DNA from: a virus
Taxonomy: Duplodnaviria > Caudoviricetes
IMG/VR virus record: IMGVR_UViG_2848092901_000003
Span: 18,022-82,021 of that record
Length of the DNA stretch: 64,000 bases
Strand: one strand, 5' to 3'
The notes under the pieces were generated by a model. It made no database searches. It was given only the letters and a program-made list of their open reading frames with translations, and had not been told where the DNA came from. Numbering within the stretch: the first letter of the stretch is position 1; every line of letters starts with the position of its first letter. This document shows, one piece after another, positions 37,230-48,247 of this stretch. The position numbers and the translations under genes were made by a program.

Positions 37230-38033
37230 CTATTTCAATTTTTTAATTGATTCACTTTCAGATAGTATCTTCATTTGTTCAATAGCTATTGCATTTAATT
37301 TTTCCAATCTTTCAGATTGGCTCATGCCTTCATTTATAAATACCGCATTAAGATTCTCAAGATTAGAAAGGCAGACAAGCTGTGATATATCCGCATAATC
37401 TCTAATATTGCCTTTTAAATCCGGATTTTCATCACGCCACTCCTTAGCTGTTATTCCAAATAGAGAAACATTAAGAATATCCGCTTCACTTGCATAAATA
37501 AAATTGATTTTTTCTTTTGAAAGTTTATCCGGTACAAGTTTGTTTTTAATGGCATCTGTGTGAATTCTATAATTGATTTTTGCCAAATTTCTCTTAATAT
37601 CCCATCCTAACTTCTTTTGTTCTTCTTCCTTTAGGCGTTCAAATTCCTTGATTAAATATAATTTAAAGTATGGCGATACCCAAGAAGCAAACTCAAACGC
37701 TATATCTTTATGAGCATAAGTTCCACCATATCTTCCTGCTCTCGCAACGATACCGATAGAATTAGTTTTTTCCACCCATTGCTTGACCGATAATATAAAA
37801 CGGTTAAATCCTGCTTCATTTTTAATTCCCTCGAATTCGGGGGAATTAAAATTCGTGTTATACATTTCTTCCCAAATACCTAAAAACTCTATTGTATTCT
37901 TGTTTCTGAGCCACTTTTCAATCAAAGCAGAACCGTTCTCAATATTTCTAACCATATCCGTTAAAGAAATATAATCTCTATTGTCTATGGCAATAATGCT
38001 GATTTCTGAACCTTCAACATTTATTTTAGACAT
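37230..38033 (-). CDS. KilA-N domain DNA-binding protein
   Basis: YISLTDM, WLRNKNTIEFLG.WE and GRYGGTYAHKDIAFEFASW motifs. Confidence 0.88.
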   Translation of the reverse strand: MSKINVEGSEISIIAIDNRDYISLTDMVRNIENGSALIEKWLRNKNTIEFLGIWEEMYNTNFNSPEFEGIKNEAGFNRFILSVKQWVEKTNSIGIVARAGRYGGTYAHKDIAFEFASWVSPYFKLYLIKEFERLKEEEQKKLGWDIKRNLAKINYRIHTDAIKNKLVPDKLSKEKINFIYASEADILNVSLFGITAKEWRDENPDLKGNIRDYADISQLVCLSNLENLNAVFINEGMSQSERLEKLNAIAIEQMKILSESESIKKLK

Positions 38034-38117
38034 ATAATCACCTCTCAATCATTAAATTGATTACTTTGCATTATAGCATTTTTAGAGCATTTTTTCCACG
38101 CTGAAATTAGTGCTGTC

Positions 38118-39824
38118 TTACTTGCGATATGTCAAAACCGCTTCTTTTATCTCATTTTCAATCGCATCTAAAAATTCTTTCTTAGAGGATTTACCCTGAG
38201 CAATATCAGATAATTCCATTTCCCACTTTGCTGTCGTTTCTGCCGACTTAAAGGTATCTGCTACAATCGTTACAAGGCTGATTCCTTTATGCGTTGCAAT
38301 TAGATTCTTCTTATCTCTTTCGACAAATCTCTTAAAGATTAGATTTTCAATAATTCCTGCCCTTGTTGCCGGAGTGCCAAGACCTTTTCTTTCCACCTCT
38401 ACACCTTTTTCTAAGGCATCATTTCCCGCAATCTCCATAGACTTTAAGAGCGTATCTTCAGTAAAGTGTTTCGGAGGTTGGGTAAATTTTTCTTTAACCT
38501 CTTTATTTTCAACGCTCAAAACATCACCAACACTTACATCGGGCAATACAGCATCTTCACTCTTTTTTGATTTGTATTCTTTAAGGTATTTGCTAAAGCC
38601 TTCATCCTTAATTACCTTACCTGAACTTGTAAATTCAAAACCGTCAAATGAAGCTACAATCTTTGTTGTATTTTCAATAAGCGGATAGCCTACACTTGCA
38701 TGAAATTTATCGGATATAAGGAAGTAAACTTTTGCTTCACTTAAAGGTAATTCAGAAACATCTTCTTTTACTGAACTGATTGTCGGTATGATTGCATGAT
38801 GGTCCGTAACCTTTTTAGAGTTAAATACTACCTTGATACGCTCTGTATCAAAGTCATTTTTACCCAAAATGTTGTTGACTGTACTCACAATCATATCCTC
38901 TGTTAAACATCTGCTGTCTGTTCTGGGGTAAGTAATCAGTTTCTTTTCATACAGGCTTTGAGTATAGTCAAGTGTCTGCTTGGCACTATATCCAAAATAT
39001 TTATTGCACTCCCTTTGAAGCGTAGTTAGGTCAAAAGGTAAATCAGGCTTTGTAATTTTTTCTTTTTGAATAACATCAGTAATTTCAATCTTATCGCCTA
39101 CTAAACTTATAAGCTGTTCAGCAGCAACTTCATCATCAATTCTGTCTGTGGAGAGTGTAAATCCATTCATAGAAAGCTCTACTGTGTAATATTTTTCTTT
39201 CTGATAATTTGCTATCTCATCATCTCTTTTTACAATCATGGCAAGGGTAGGTGTCTGCACTCTGCCAACACTGTAATTTTGCTGATACAGACAAGAGTAG
39301 AGCCTACTAATATTCATTCCGACTAACCAATCCGCAATAGCTCTTGCCTGTGCCGATTCAAAGAGATTATCATAGTCTTTTCCGTCTGTTAGGTTATCAA
39401 AACCCTCTTTAATGGCACTATCTTCCATTGAAGAAATCCAAAGGCGTTTCATCTTCTTTTTACAATTCACTTGATTATATACAAGTCTAAAAATACTTTC
39501 TCCCTCACGCCCTGCATCGCACGCATTGATAACCGTATCAACCTCCTTATCATTCATCAGCTTTTTAAGGATGTTAAACTGCTTCTTGGTTGCCTTTGCT
39601 ACTTCATACTTGTAGTCGCTCGGAATAATCGGTAAATCAGCCATATTCCACTTGGCGTACTTTTCATCATAAGCATCCGGATTTGCCATTTGAATTAGGT
39701 GTCCAACGCACCAGCTCACCCTATATCCGTTTCCTTCATAATATCCGTCTTTCTTTTTATTTGCTCCAATAACCTTTGCAATGGAGATTGCAACACTCGG
39801 CTTTTCTGCAATAACTAACTTCAT
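38118..39824 (-). CDS. topB: ICE DNA topoisomerase III
   Basis: IAEKPS, NACDAGREGE, GRVQTPT, LYEKKLITYPRTDS and GLGTPATRA motifs. Confidence 0.93.
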   Translation of the reverse strand: MKLVIAEKPSVAISIAKVIGANKKKDGYYEGNGYRVSWCVGHLIQMANPDAYDEKYAKWNMADLPIIPSDYKYEVAKATKKQFNILKKLMNDKEVDTVINACDAGREGESIFRLVYNQVNCKKKMKRLWISSMEDSAIKEGFDNLTDGKDYDNLFESAQARAIADWLVGMNISRLYSCLYQQNYSVGRVQTPTLAMIVKRDDEIANYQKEKYYTVELSMNGFTLSTDRIDDEVAAEQLISLVGDKIEITDVIQKEKITKPDLPFDLTTLQRECNKYFGYSAKQTLDYTQSLYEKKLITYPRTDSRCLTEDMIVSTVNNILGKNDFDTERIKVVFNSKKVTDHHAIIPTISSVKEDVSELPLSEAKVYFLISDKFHASVGYPLIENTTKIVASFDGFEFTSSGKVIKDEGFSKYLKEYKSKKSEDAVLPDVSVGDVLSVENKEVKEKFTQPPKHFTEDTLLKSMEIAGNDALEKGVEVERKGLGTPATRAGIIENLIFKRFVERDKKNLIATHKGISLVTIVADTFKSAETTAKWEMELSDIAQGKSSKKEFLDAIENEIKEAVLTYRK

Positions 39825-39918
39825 CTGTGTTTTCCTCCTGTTATAAATCAAAATAGGGCGAAAGATGTTACTCTCCCGCCCTAACTTTGCACCCAAAATA
39901 ATATGTTTTTAGGTGCGT

Positions 39919-41460
39919 TTATTCTTCATCTTCTACTTCATCTGCATCATTTATTTCTTCCTCGCTTTCAGATTCAGAAAAGAAATCATCATCTTCCTCC
40001 TCTAAGGCTTCAAGTTCTTTATCTTCTTTCTTTTTCACAACCTTAAAATAGTAGCCTGCTCCTAATGCACCACCTACTACAAGAAGCAAAATAATATAGG
40101 TTCCTAAATTACTCTTTTCGTCCTTCTTCTCAGGCTTTACTTCTTCCTTAACAGGTTCTTCTTTTACTACTTCCTGCTTTGGTGCTTCTTTTTTCTCCAC
40201 CATGTTAAGCAAATCATCTTCAGATACTTCCGTAAGAAGCATTACATTCTCACTATCTTCATCATGATTGATGATTAAATGAAAAGTCTTACCGTTTTTC
40301 GTTTGAAAGGTAATAAACTGCCTTGCATCTGCCGAATACTGATCCGTTTCTTTGTTATCGCTGCTATCTCCATGATGAATCGGATACTCCTTATTTGCAT
40401 TATCTTTATTCTCCGTAACGGATGCTCTCGCCTTTGACGGAGATGAAGCTACTCCCTTGTTGGTGTTTACACTCTTACTTGCAGACCCCATTGATGAATC
40501 CTGACTGTTATTCGCAGGAGCTTTTGCCGTCAACTTATTGGGATAGCGAACTTCCTTTTCTTTCTCCTTTACTTCCGTTTTGCCTTTACCGGTATCCTTT
40601 GTAGTATTACCTGAGCTTACCGAATCCGATGAGCCTTTACCGGTACTACTTACAGAAGTCTGTGGTGTTTGAGGAGAAATACCTGAACTTGTCTTAATTC
40701 CGGAAATAGGACTAATCGGTGTAACTGATTGTGATGTTACAGGAGCTTTATTTGTTTCAGTTGCCTTTTTCTCAAGCTCTTTCACCTTTTCCGTCAGCTT
40801 ATCTATTTCCTTTTTCATATCTTCTGATAAGTCCTTATTTCCCTTATCTTTCTTCATTTTTTCTTTCAGGCTATCAATTTCATCTTCAAGGTCTTTAATT
40901 TTATTCTTTTGCTTATCACTTAATTTGTCTTTGTCCTTAAGTTCGCAATTTAACTTATCAAGTTTATCCTGAAGCTCTTTTGCCTCTTTTTCTATTTTTG
41001 AAATATCGTCTTTAGAAAGCTCTGTCTGCGTTCCCTTATCTTCTGTCTGAGTGCATTCATCCTGCTTTGGCTTTTCTTCTTCCGTCTGCGTTTCCTTATC
41101 CTTAACCTCCATCTTTGCTACCTTACGGATAATCTCATCTTTTCCATCTCCCTTTACCTCATAAAACAGAAATTCATCAATGAATTTCATATCATCTGGG
41201 AGCATTGGAAGATCTCCGCTATCAATAAGTTGTCCTTTCTCAGCCTTTATCTTTTCTTCCTTAAAGACCTTTTCATCTTCAAAGATATACCTTACATTTA
41301 CTTCAACTTCCGTTTGAACAGCTTCGTTTTTTGTTGGAGCTTCAGATTTTTGCTCCTGTGCATAAACAACCGTCCAAAGACCTAAAATACAACTAATACT
41401 TACAATTACCGCAAGTGCTACCGTCCAAAACTTATTATTCTTTTTCAAACTGGTTTTCAT
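39919..41460 (-). CDS. DUF4366 / CD1107-like surface protein
   Basis: Signal peptide, coiled coil, RQFITFQTKNGKTFHLII..LLTEVSEDDLL, and C-terminal TM + KK. Confidence 0.85.
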   Translation of the reverse strand: MKTSLKKNNKFWTVALAVIVSISCILGLWTVVYAQEQKSEAPTKNEAVQTEVEVNVRYIFEDEKVFKEEKIKAEKGQLIDSGDLPMLPDDMKFIDEFLFYEVKGDGKDEIIRKVAKMEVKDKETQTEEEKPKQDECTQTEDKGTQTELSKDDISKIEKEAKELQDKLDKLNCELKDKDKLSDKQKNKIKDLEDEIDSLKEKMKKDKGNKDLSEDMKKEIDKLTEKVKELEKKATETNKAPVTSQSVTPISPISGIKTSSGISPQTPQTSVSSTGKGSSDSVSSGNTTKDTGKGKTEVKEKEKEVRYPNKLTAKAPANNSQDSSMGSASKSVNTNKGVASSPSKARASVTENKDNANKEYPIHHGDSSDNKETDQYSADARQFITFQTKNGKTFHLIINHDEDSENVMLLTEVSEDDLLNMVEKKEAPKQEVVKEEPVKEEVKPEKKDEKSNLGTYIILLLVVGGALGAGYYFKVVKKKEDKELEALEEEDDDFFSESESEEEINDADEVEDEE

Positions 41461-41674
41461 TTGTTTTCTCCTTTTTCATTTCTGCTTTTTGTCTGTTTAC
41501 CTTTGCTATCAAATCGCTGATTGTGATGTTGTTCTTTCTGCAAATGGCAATGATTTCTTCATTTTCAAGCTCTTCTTCACGAATGAATAAAGGCTCCAAT
41601 TCTTCATCAATCAGAGCCTTTTTATCCTTTAACTTCTTTATTCTGTTTTTTACTGTTGTAAGTTCCTTTTTCAA
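41435..41674 (-). CDS. DUF4315-like small protein
   Basis: ELENEEIIAICR pattern; synteny. Confidence 0.75.
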   Translation of the reverse strand: MKKELTTVKNRIKKLKDKKALIDEELEPLFIREEELENEEIIAICRKNNITISDLIAKVNRQKAEMKKEKTNENQFEKE

Positions 41675-41685
41675 ATTGTTACCTC

Positions 41686-43818
41686 CTATTTCTTTACATT
41701 TGGCGGAAAACCGAATCCTACGGGATGGTGCTTACAAAATGTTGCTATCCAATCATCTAAGGTAGTTACTCTTATTCGACCGATGTTATCAATCACTTTT
41801 CCATCTCCAATGTAAATACCTACATGACCATAGGTAAGCCCTGCACTGCTTCCGCTACTGCTGCTTTCAACTGCCACAAGCATTCCCACTTTTAGCTTTG
41901 ACCTGTCTGATGTAAAGGTATAGTTTCGGTACATATCACAGGCATTCCCGCCTATATATCCAAGTCCTGCATTTTGATAGACCTGTGATACCCACATGGC
42001 ACACCAGCCTGCACCCGGAGATGGCGTAATGTATGCAGCATTAACAATCTTCTTTTGTACTTCCGTAGATGCCTCATACTCTTTTCCACCGCCGATACCT
42101 CCATTTGCACTGATAAGGTCAGAATTACCAAAGGCTTCTCTCATATTGCCTTGTGCAAGGAACAAGGCTTCATAGTGCTTTAGATTATCGGGATAGTTTG
42201 CAAAGACCTTTCGGATAATACTGTCCATCTCTTTTTTATGAAGCGTTACGATGAGTTTTTTATACTCATAAGGTTCTTCGTGGCTTTCGGTATATTCATT
42301 GCCATCTTCATCGGTATAGGTTTCCGTAACCGTCCTGTATCTGATTTCAATTTCTTCCCTATACTCAAGGTCATACATGGACTCAAATAATTCTTTTAAT
42401 ATGGATTCTACTTCCGATACACTCTTTACCTCTCCGCACCTTGATGTAATGTAGGATAAAAGCTCATGGACATTATGACCGATGTATTCTGTATTATTTA
42501 AGATATATTCATCATATCCAGGATAATTTTCTTTCACATAGTCAACTTCACTTTGAAGCTCACCCTCCATATCTGAAAATTTCTGATTGATTTCACTTAG
42601 GACATTTGGCTTTGATAAATAGCTTGTTGTAAGCACAGAGCTTGTAGAGTTCATAAAGCCTGTCATTCCCGTTCCTGCAAAGTTAATCACAAAAGTCCCT
42701 AAGATAATGATACCTATGAAAATAAGCATTAGTCCTTTTGCTTTTCGGATAATCATATCCTTTGAGCTTTTCAGTGTTCCGATAAGTCCCTCTTTAATTC
42801 GATCTCTAAGCCTTGACTTATTCTCACGAGAAATTGCTGCCTTTACCTGATTTTTCTTTTGAAATCTTTTATATGCACTTGCTCTTTTATACTCATCCGT
42901 CTTTTTCAGTTCCTTTTTGGCATCACGAAATTCCAACTTTGACTTACGCTTTCTGATTTTATAGTCCTTATTTGTAAGGTCATAGCCTCTTTTAGCTCTT
43001 TTCTTATCAGAGTACTTCTTTATGCCATGAATGAGCTTGGAGCTTGTATCTGCTGTCTTTTCTCCTGCTTCCACTCCTTGATTTTCATCACTTCCATGAG
43101 ACAAGTAATCTCTTACAGTTTCACTTCCTTTAGCAAGTCCTGAAAGGGCAGATACCTTTACCATGTCTTTTTTTAGCTTTTTCTTTTGGTCTTTTGATAG
43201 GCTGCTATAAACTTTTCCGCTGACAGCATCTTTTCCCGCCTTTTTATCATCAGCCTTATTTCCCTTTGGTGCATCGTCCTTTTTCCTTGTATAAAGGCTT
43301 TCAGAATAGTTCTTCCTCTTGTACCTGCTTTTTTGAGTCTTATGATTTTTAAAGGAATTTTCTAATGATTTTTCTTTATGGGAAAGATTATCCTCCACAT
43401 CATAGGTCGATTCAAAATAGTTGCTGTCTCTAAAGTCATTATCGTATCTGTCTATAATCCCGTCATTATCAAGGTCTTTTCCTAAAGGATCATAGATTTT
43501 TCCATCCTTAACCTCCGTAATATAATCTGATCTTCCCGTTTCAATTGCGGAATTTACGTCTCCCTTATCTGAAGTTCTATATTTTTCGTTTCTCTTGGAT
43601 GTTCCATAAGACTTTTCATTATCAGCACTTACCTTACTTGTTTTTTCATGCACTTTATCCTGAAACCGTTCTTTCTCATGAACGATTTTACCTCTGTAAT
43701 CATCGTTATGTTTTAGCTTACTTTCTTCAGGTATCGTATCTGTTTTACTATGAAACATCTCTCTTTCAAGGCTTGCCTTATGCCTTTCCTTAAAATCCTT
43801 TTTCAGCTTCTTTCCCAT
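41686..43818 (-). CDS. CD1108-like conjugation cell-wall hydrolase (CHAP/NlpC-type C-terminus)
   Basis: DLDNDGIIDRYD, TM segment, and GWCAMWVSQV..GHVGIYIGDG. Confidence 0.85.
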   Translation of the reverse strand: MGKKLKKDFKERHKASLEREMFHSKTDTIPEESKLKHNDDYRGKIVHEKERFQDKVHEKTSKVSADNEKSYGTSKRNEKYRTSDKGDVNSAIETGRSDYITEVKDGKIYDPLGKDLDNDGIIDRYDNDFRDSNYFESTYDVEDNLSHKEKSLENSFKNHKTQKSRYKRKNYSESLYTRKKDDAPKGNKADDKKAGKDAVSGKVYSSLSKDQKKKLKKDMVKVSALSGLAKGSETVRDYLSHGSDENQGVEAGEKTADTSSKLIHGIKKYSDKKRAKRGYDLTNKDYKIRKRKSKLEFRDAKKELKKTDEYKRASAYKRFQKKNQVKAAISRENKSRLRDRIKEGLIGTLKSSKDMIIRKAKGLMLIFIGIIILGTFVINFAGTGMTGFMNSTSSVLTTSYLSKPNVLSEINQKFSDMEGELQSEVDYVKENYPGYDEYILNNTEYIGHNVHELLSYITSRCGEVKSVSEVESILKELFESMYDLEYREEIEIRYRTVTETYTDEDGNEYTESHEEPYEYKKLIVTLHKKEMDSIIRKVFANYPDNLKHYEALFLAQGNMREAFGNSDLISANGGIGGGKEYEASTEVQKKIVNAAYITPSPGAGWCAMWVSQVYQNAGLGYIGGNACDMYRNYTFTSDRSKLKVGMLVAVESSSSGSSAGLTYGHVGIYIGDGKVIDNIGRIRVTTLDDWIATFCKHHPVGFGFPPNVKK

Positions 43819-43821
43819 AGG

Positions 43822-46251
43822 CTACCTCACTTCTTCCGGCTTGGTAGTCATCTTCTGATATAAAATTGTATCTTTCGGAAACTTATCAATGAAAGGCACA
43901 ATGGTATTTCCAAAGAATAAGAGTCCCTCACCTTCATTTGAATTAGTAACATATCTGAGCTGTGGAAGTGAGATTTTAAGTTTTCTTGCAAGTATCTCCC
44001 TATCTCCTGATGCTTGATTAAGCATTAAGACAAAGTCTGTATTGTCAAAGATATTTTCTATCTCCTTACTCATAAGTAGGTCTTTGACATTCTGCGTAAT
44101 ACCTGTTGGAATACCTCCCCATTTACGAAATCTTTTCCAAATCTCTACGGAATAGGATGCTGTCTGCTCATCTTTTAAAAGCAAATGGAACTCGTCGATA
44201 TAGTACCTTGTAGCCTTGTTTCCTCTGTTTTGTGACACCTTATTCCACACCTGATCCTGAATAACAAGCATACCGATTTTCTTTAATTGACTTCCAAGCT
44301 CCTTAATATCAAAACAAAGGAGCTTCTTATTTAAATCCACATTTGACCTGTGATTAAAGACATTGAGAGACCCCGATACATAGATTTCCATCTCTGTTGC
44401 CAGCTTCTTACCGACCTTTTCTTCCTGCCCTTTTAACATATCGTATAGGTCTTGAAGTATCGGCATATTGTCAGGAGTAGGATGTTCAAAATACTTTTCA
44501 TAGATTTTAGGAAGGCACCTATCTATAACGGACTTTTCTTCTGCTGTAAGACCACTACCGCCTACTACAAGCTCAAGCATACTCATGATAAAGTTTGCCT
44601 TGTCTTTCAGCGGTGCATCCCCATCACCGTAGTTCATGTTTATATCAAGAGGATTCAGGTAATCCTTCGACTTACTGCTGACCTTAATGACTTCTCCCTT
44701 AAACTGCCTTACGAGGTTTCCATACTCTCCTTCCGGATCGCAGATAATCACATCATCATCTGTTACTAAAATCGCATTTGCCATTTCTCTTTTGGCACTA
44801 AAGGACTTACCGCTGCCCGGAGTTCCGAGGATTAGACCGTTTGGGTTCTTTAATTTCTTTCTATCTGCCATAATCAGGTTATGGCTTAGGGCATTTAGTC
44901 CGTAGTAAAGACTATTACTTGAATTGATAAAAAGCTCCTCTGTGGTAAATGGCATAAATACTGCCGTTGATGAGCTTGTCAATCCTCTATCTATTTCAAT
45001 CTTATTTACACCAAGAGGCAGCACGCTCACTAAACCTTGTTCCTGAGAATGGTCAAGTCTTTTCAGCTTACAGTTATGCTTATTTGCAATGGAGCTTATT
45101 TGAGCAATTGTGTTATCGAGCTTTTGCACTGTCCTTGCAAAGTTCATAAAGACGATACTTACCACAAACATTCGCTCATCTCTTGTCTGCAAGTCTTTTA
45201 AGAGGCTCTTTACATCCTCACCATAGGTAATTAAGTCCGATGGAAGAATGTCCATATCATAACCGCTTCTTACCGCCTTCTTATTTTCCTCAATTTTCAT
45301 CTTATCAATATCAGTGTTTTTTCGTTTTACCATCTTAATGGCTTCCGATTGGTCGATTGCCCTAATATGAAAGGAAATATTGATGTTATCGTCAATATCC
45401 AAAAACTCGGATAACATCCTATCTGAAAGCTCACTGGCAAGGATTTGAAAATGACTTGTTGCTCCGATGAATTTGCCGAACTTAAAGTATCTACTCGGTG
45501 TAAAGTTAAACTCATCAGGCACAATATATGTCTTTGTGCTTTCCCTTTTCTTTAGGTCTTTGTAGGAAAATTTAAATGTTTTATTTGGATTTAAAACATC
45601 ATGAAGTATCTTTAGCCTTTCTTCTCCGTTTAGGCTTTCTGCTCTTACTCCCATACTTTTAAGACTCGATAATATATCTATCTCCAGTCTTTCAAGTTTT
45701 GATGTTGCCTGTTCTAAATTATCCGCTTCCACTGTAAAGGTTACATACTTTGATTTTTTCAATCCGTTATTTCCCTTTACAATCTGGCTTTTAAGCATCT
45801 CTCTAAATTCAAAGCGTATATCGTCGAAACCGTCCTTTTTATCCGGTATCTGAATTGCCGACTTCATTTCTTCGTTTCGTCCGAGCTGATTGATATATGA
45901 AAACTCAATGCTGATACTTGGATCAAAAGAGTTTAGGAAGTTTGCAAATTGATTAAAAATCAAGTCCCTATCTTCATCTAAGGCAAGCTGATAGTTAATG
46001 TCCTGAAAGGCTATACTTTTACTGAAGTGCTTTTCATCAAGCTGGCATATTCCGCTTTTTAAAAGCCTTAGATAGGGAATGGTATCTTCTACCGTATATC
46101 TTTTCGGTTCTTTCTTAAAGATAAGGTCAAGGATTCCTCCCTTATCTTTTTTTGACTTGCAATTACTTTTCTTTAAGTCCCGCTTTTGACTTCTCAATGC
46201 CTTTTCGTTTTGCATGAGTTTTATTTGCTGAATTTTTCTTTTCTTGTTCAA
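43822..46251 (-). CDS. virB4: VirB4-like conjugative ATPase
   Basis: GTPGSGKS Walker A, DPEGEY, YIDEFH and RFRKWGG. Confidence 0.95.
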   Translation of the reverse strand: MNKKRKIQQIKLMQNEKALRSQKRDLKKSNCKSKKDKGGILDLIFKKEPKRYTVEDTIPYLRLLKSGICQLDEKHFSKSIAFQDINYQLALDEDRDLIFNQFANFLNSFDPSISIEFSYINQLGRNEEMKSAIQIPDKKDGFDDIRFEFREMLKSQIVKGNNGLKKSKYVTFTVEADNLEQATSKLERLEIDILSSLKSMGVRAESLNGEERLKILHDVLNPNKTFKFSYKDLKKRESTKTYIVPDEFNFTPSRYFKFGKFIGATSHFQILASELSDRMLSEFLDIDDNINISFHIRAIDQSEAIKMVKRKNTDIDKMKIEENKKAVRSGYDMDILPSDLITYGEDVKSLLKDLQTRDERMFVVSIVFMNFARTVQKLDNTIAQISSIANKHNCKLKRLDHSQEQGLVSVLPLGVNKIEIDRGLTSSSTAVFMPFTTEELFINSSNSLYYGLNALSHNLIMADRKKLKNPNGLILGTPGSGKSFSAKREMANAILVTDDDVIICDPEGEYGNLVRQFKGEVIKVSSKSKDYLNPLDINMNYGDGDAPLKDKANFIMSMLELVVGGSGLTAEEKSVIDRCLPKIYEKYFEHPTPDNMPILQDLYDMLKGQEEKVGKKLATEMEIYVSGSLNVFNHRSNVDLNKKLLCFDIKELGSQLKKIGMLVIQDQVWNKVSQNRGNKATRYYIDEFHLLLKDEQTASYSVEIWKRFRKWGGIPTGITQNVKDLLMSKEIENIFDNTDFVLMLNQASGDREILARKLKISLPQLRYVTNSNEGEGLLFFGNTIVPFIDKFPKDTILYQKMTTKPEEVR

Positions 46252-46552
46252 GGTAAACCTCCTTTCTCACTCTCTTTTGCGGTTGATAAAACTTATGAAG
46301 ATAAATGTACTTAAAGTATTTCTCAAATGTCAGTCCGTCTTTTTCAAATAGTGTGATGAAAAAGATAGGAAGCGTGGATACGATAAGGAATATGACAGCT
46401 ATGTCATTTGGCACAAACTTCCTCATAAATAAATAGACTGGTATTCCAACCAGTCCTGCAAGTGTGAAGCCTATGAGCTGCCTTTTCGTTAGGTTAAAAG
46501 CAACCTTTGTCTTTACCCTATTTAAGTCTTTAGGGATTGGTACATATGCCAT
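46163..46552 (-). CDS. prgI: PrgI-family protein
   Basis: VPIPKDLNRVKTKVAFNLTKRQL with two TM segments. Confidence 0.88.
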   Translation of the reverse strand: MAYVPIPKDLNRVKTKVAFNLTKRQLIGFTLAGLVGIPVYLFMRKFVPNDIAVIFLIVSTLPIFFITLFEKDGLTFEKYFKYIYLHKFYQPQKRVRKEVYLEQEKKNSANKTHAKRKGIEKSKAGLKEK

Positions 46553-46555
46553 ATC

Positions 46556-46816
46556 TTACCTCCCATCTTCTTTACCCTTTGACAGCTCCTCAAAGTGTTC
46601 ATATACAGAGCCGATTTCTTCCTGAATAGTCGCAAGCTGTTCGTCTGTGTTCTTGTTATATCTTTGCTGTATTAGGTAAAAATCGTTATGGCAGCGACCA
46701 ATGTCCTCTGTTTTTTCTTCCAATTCTTCCACCTTATTATGAAGCCTGATCCTATCAATTATCGCCATAATACCTGCTCCAATTACTACTATAAATACTG
46801 TTTTTCTTTTGTTCAT
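46556..46816 (-). CDS. Hypothetical membrane-anchored protein
   Basis: 86 aa; N-terminal hydrophobic stretch; AAGGAAGG SD. Confidence 0.7.
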   Translation of the reverse strand: MNKRKTVFIVVIGAGIMAIIDRIRLHNKVEELEEKTEDIGRCHNDFYLIQQRYNKNTDEQLATIQEEIGSVYEHFEELSKGKEDGR

Positions 46817-46833
46817 ATTACCCTTCCTTTCTT

Positions 46834-47697
46834 TTAGTGTGCATTTAATACGCTTTTGGCCAGTGTTCCGCTCTTTAACATCATTAACCCTAGCAAAACC
46901 GCATATCCAAGTATCGTAAAGGTACTTGTGTGTATATCTGTTATCTGTATTGTCTTAACTAATACTGCGTATATTCCAAGACAAACCATTAAAAAGAGTC
47001 CTTGTAAACCTATGGCAAACAATCCTTTGATATAGTTTGTTCCAATCTGTCCCCACTCTTTGTTTCCCATTGTGGCAAATGGAATGGCTGAAATGGATGA
47101 GTAAACATAAATCTCAAACATTCTTCCGTAAACCACAAGCATAATCACAATTGAAATGACCTGTATTGCCACCTTTATAAGCGAGGTTTCAAAGAGTATC
47201 ATGACAAGCTCTCCAAGACCTTTATCCTTTAATCCATCTACCATTTTTACTATCTGATCTCCGGAGATAACGGCAGAAGTATTGATTACCCCTGCCGCTT
47301 TATTTACCATGTGCTGTGCCACATCAAAGACCGCCATTGAAAACTCAAATGCATGTGATACTAACCATACAGCAATCCACATCTTGATGATGTACTTGAA
47401 AAATTCAAAAGTATCTGTATCGTGCATATTGTTCTTTTGCATTACCATATTGATAAGCTCGATACAAAGGACTGCTGTGATGATTAGCCCTGCTATGGGA
47501 ATAATGACGGAATCGTTAATGCTTTTAATAAAGGCAAATACATCTCCGTTCCACCCCATAGGAGTTTTTCCTACATCTGTTGCAACTGCACCAACTTTAT
47601 CGTTGATGTCAAGAAACATGGACTCTAAGTTTGCTTGAATACCGCCCAGTAGAAGCTCTTTAAAGAATTCTTCTATCTTGTCGAATATTCCAAACAT
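46834..47697 (-). CDS. VirB6/TrbL-like conjugal transfer membrane protein
   Basis: Multi-TM; GRMFEIYVY....PFAT....EW..IG.NY motif. Confidence 0.88.
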   Translation of the reverse strand: MFGIFDKIEEFFKELLLGGIQANLESMFLDINDKVGAVATDVGKTPMGWNGDVFAFIKSINDSVIIPIAGLIITAVLCIELINMVMQKNNMHDTDTFEFFKYIIKMWIAVWLVSHAFEFSMAVFDVAQHMVNKAAGVINTSAVISGDQIVKMVDGLKDKGLGELVMILFETSLIKVAIQVISIVIMLVVYGRMFEIYVYSSISAIPFATMGNKEWGQIGTNYIKGLFAIGLQGLFLMVCLGIYAVLVKTIQITDIHTSTFTILGYAVLLGLMMLKSGTLAKSVLNAH

Positions 47698-47716
47698 CTA
47701 AGCTCTCCTTTTCTTA

Positions 47717-47932
47717 TTACTTGAGTACATTTGCAAGAAGCGGAATCAGCTTAAGTCCGATAAGGACAATGCCTCCTCCCGCCATAAGCTGCTTGATGCC
47801 CTGAGATTTCGCTCCCGGATTATCATTACCATATCCTTCCATAAGGTTAATAACTCCCCATGCTCCAAGTCCAGCACCTACTGCCATAACTAAAATCTTT
47901 AATACATTTACTGCCTGTGCGAAAAATTCCAT
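47717..47932 (-). CDS. Maff2-family protein (pilin-like)
   Basis: GAGLGAWGVINLMEGYGNDNPGAKSQGIKQLMAGGG. Confidence 0.9.
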   Translation of the reverse strand: MEFFAQAVNVLKILVMAVGAGLGAWGVINLMEGYGNDNPGAKSQGIKQLMAGGGIVLIGLKLIPLLANVLK

Positions 47933-47935
47933 AAT

Positions 47936-48247
47936 TTATTCCTCCTCATTTTCTTCTTTCTTCTCAATCTTGTTATATGACTTCACTACAAAGTTTTTGT
48001 AAGTCTTTCCCTCTTTTTCACGCTTCTTAAAGTAGCCGAATACATGAATCAAATCGCCTTTTTCAAAGTCCTCTGCTTTCTCTGCTTTTTCTCCGTAGGC
48101 TGCACAATTGATGTACTCCTTGCCCTTTCCATATTTTTTTACAAGCGTAAAGTTTACAACTTCTACTTCTTCACCCTCTTTTTCAAAACTTGAGAAAGTA
48201 GGTTCTGCCACTAAGTTGGCGTTGATGTTAATCATTTCTTGTTTCAT
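47936..48247 (-). CDS. ssb: Single-stranded DNA-binding-like protein
   Basis: OB-fold pattern (NINANLV..P..VNFTL..YINCAAYGEKAE..KGDLIHVFG). Confidence 0.75.
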   Translation of the reverse strand: MKQEMININANLVAEPTFSSFEKEGEEVEVVNFTLVKKYGKGKEYINCAAYGEKAEKAEDFEKGDLIHVFGYFKKREKEGKTYKNFVVKSYNKIEKKEENEEE

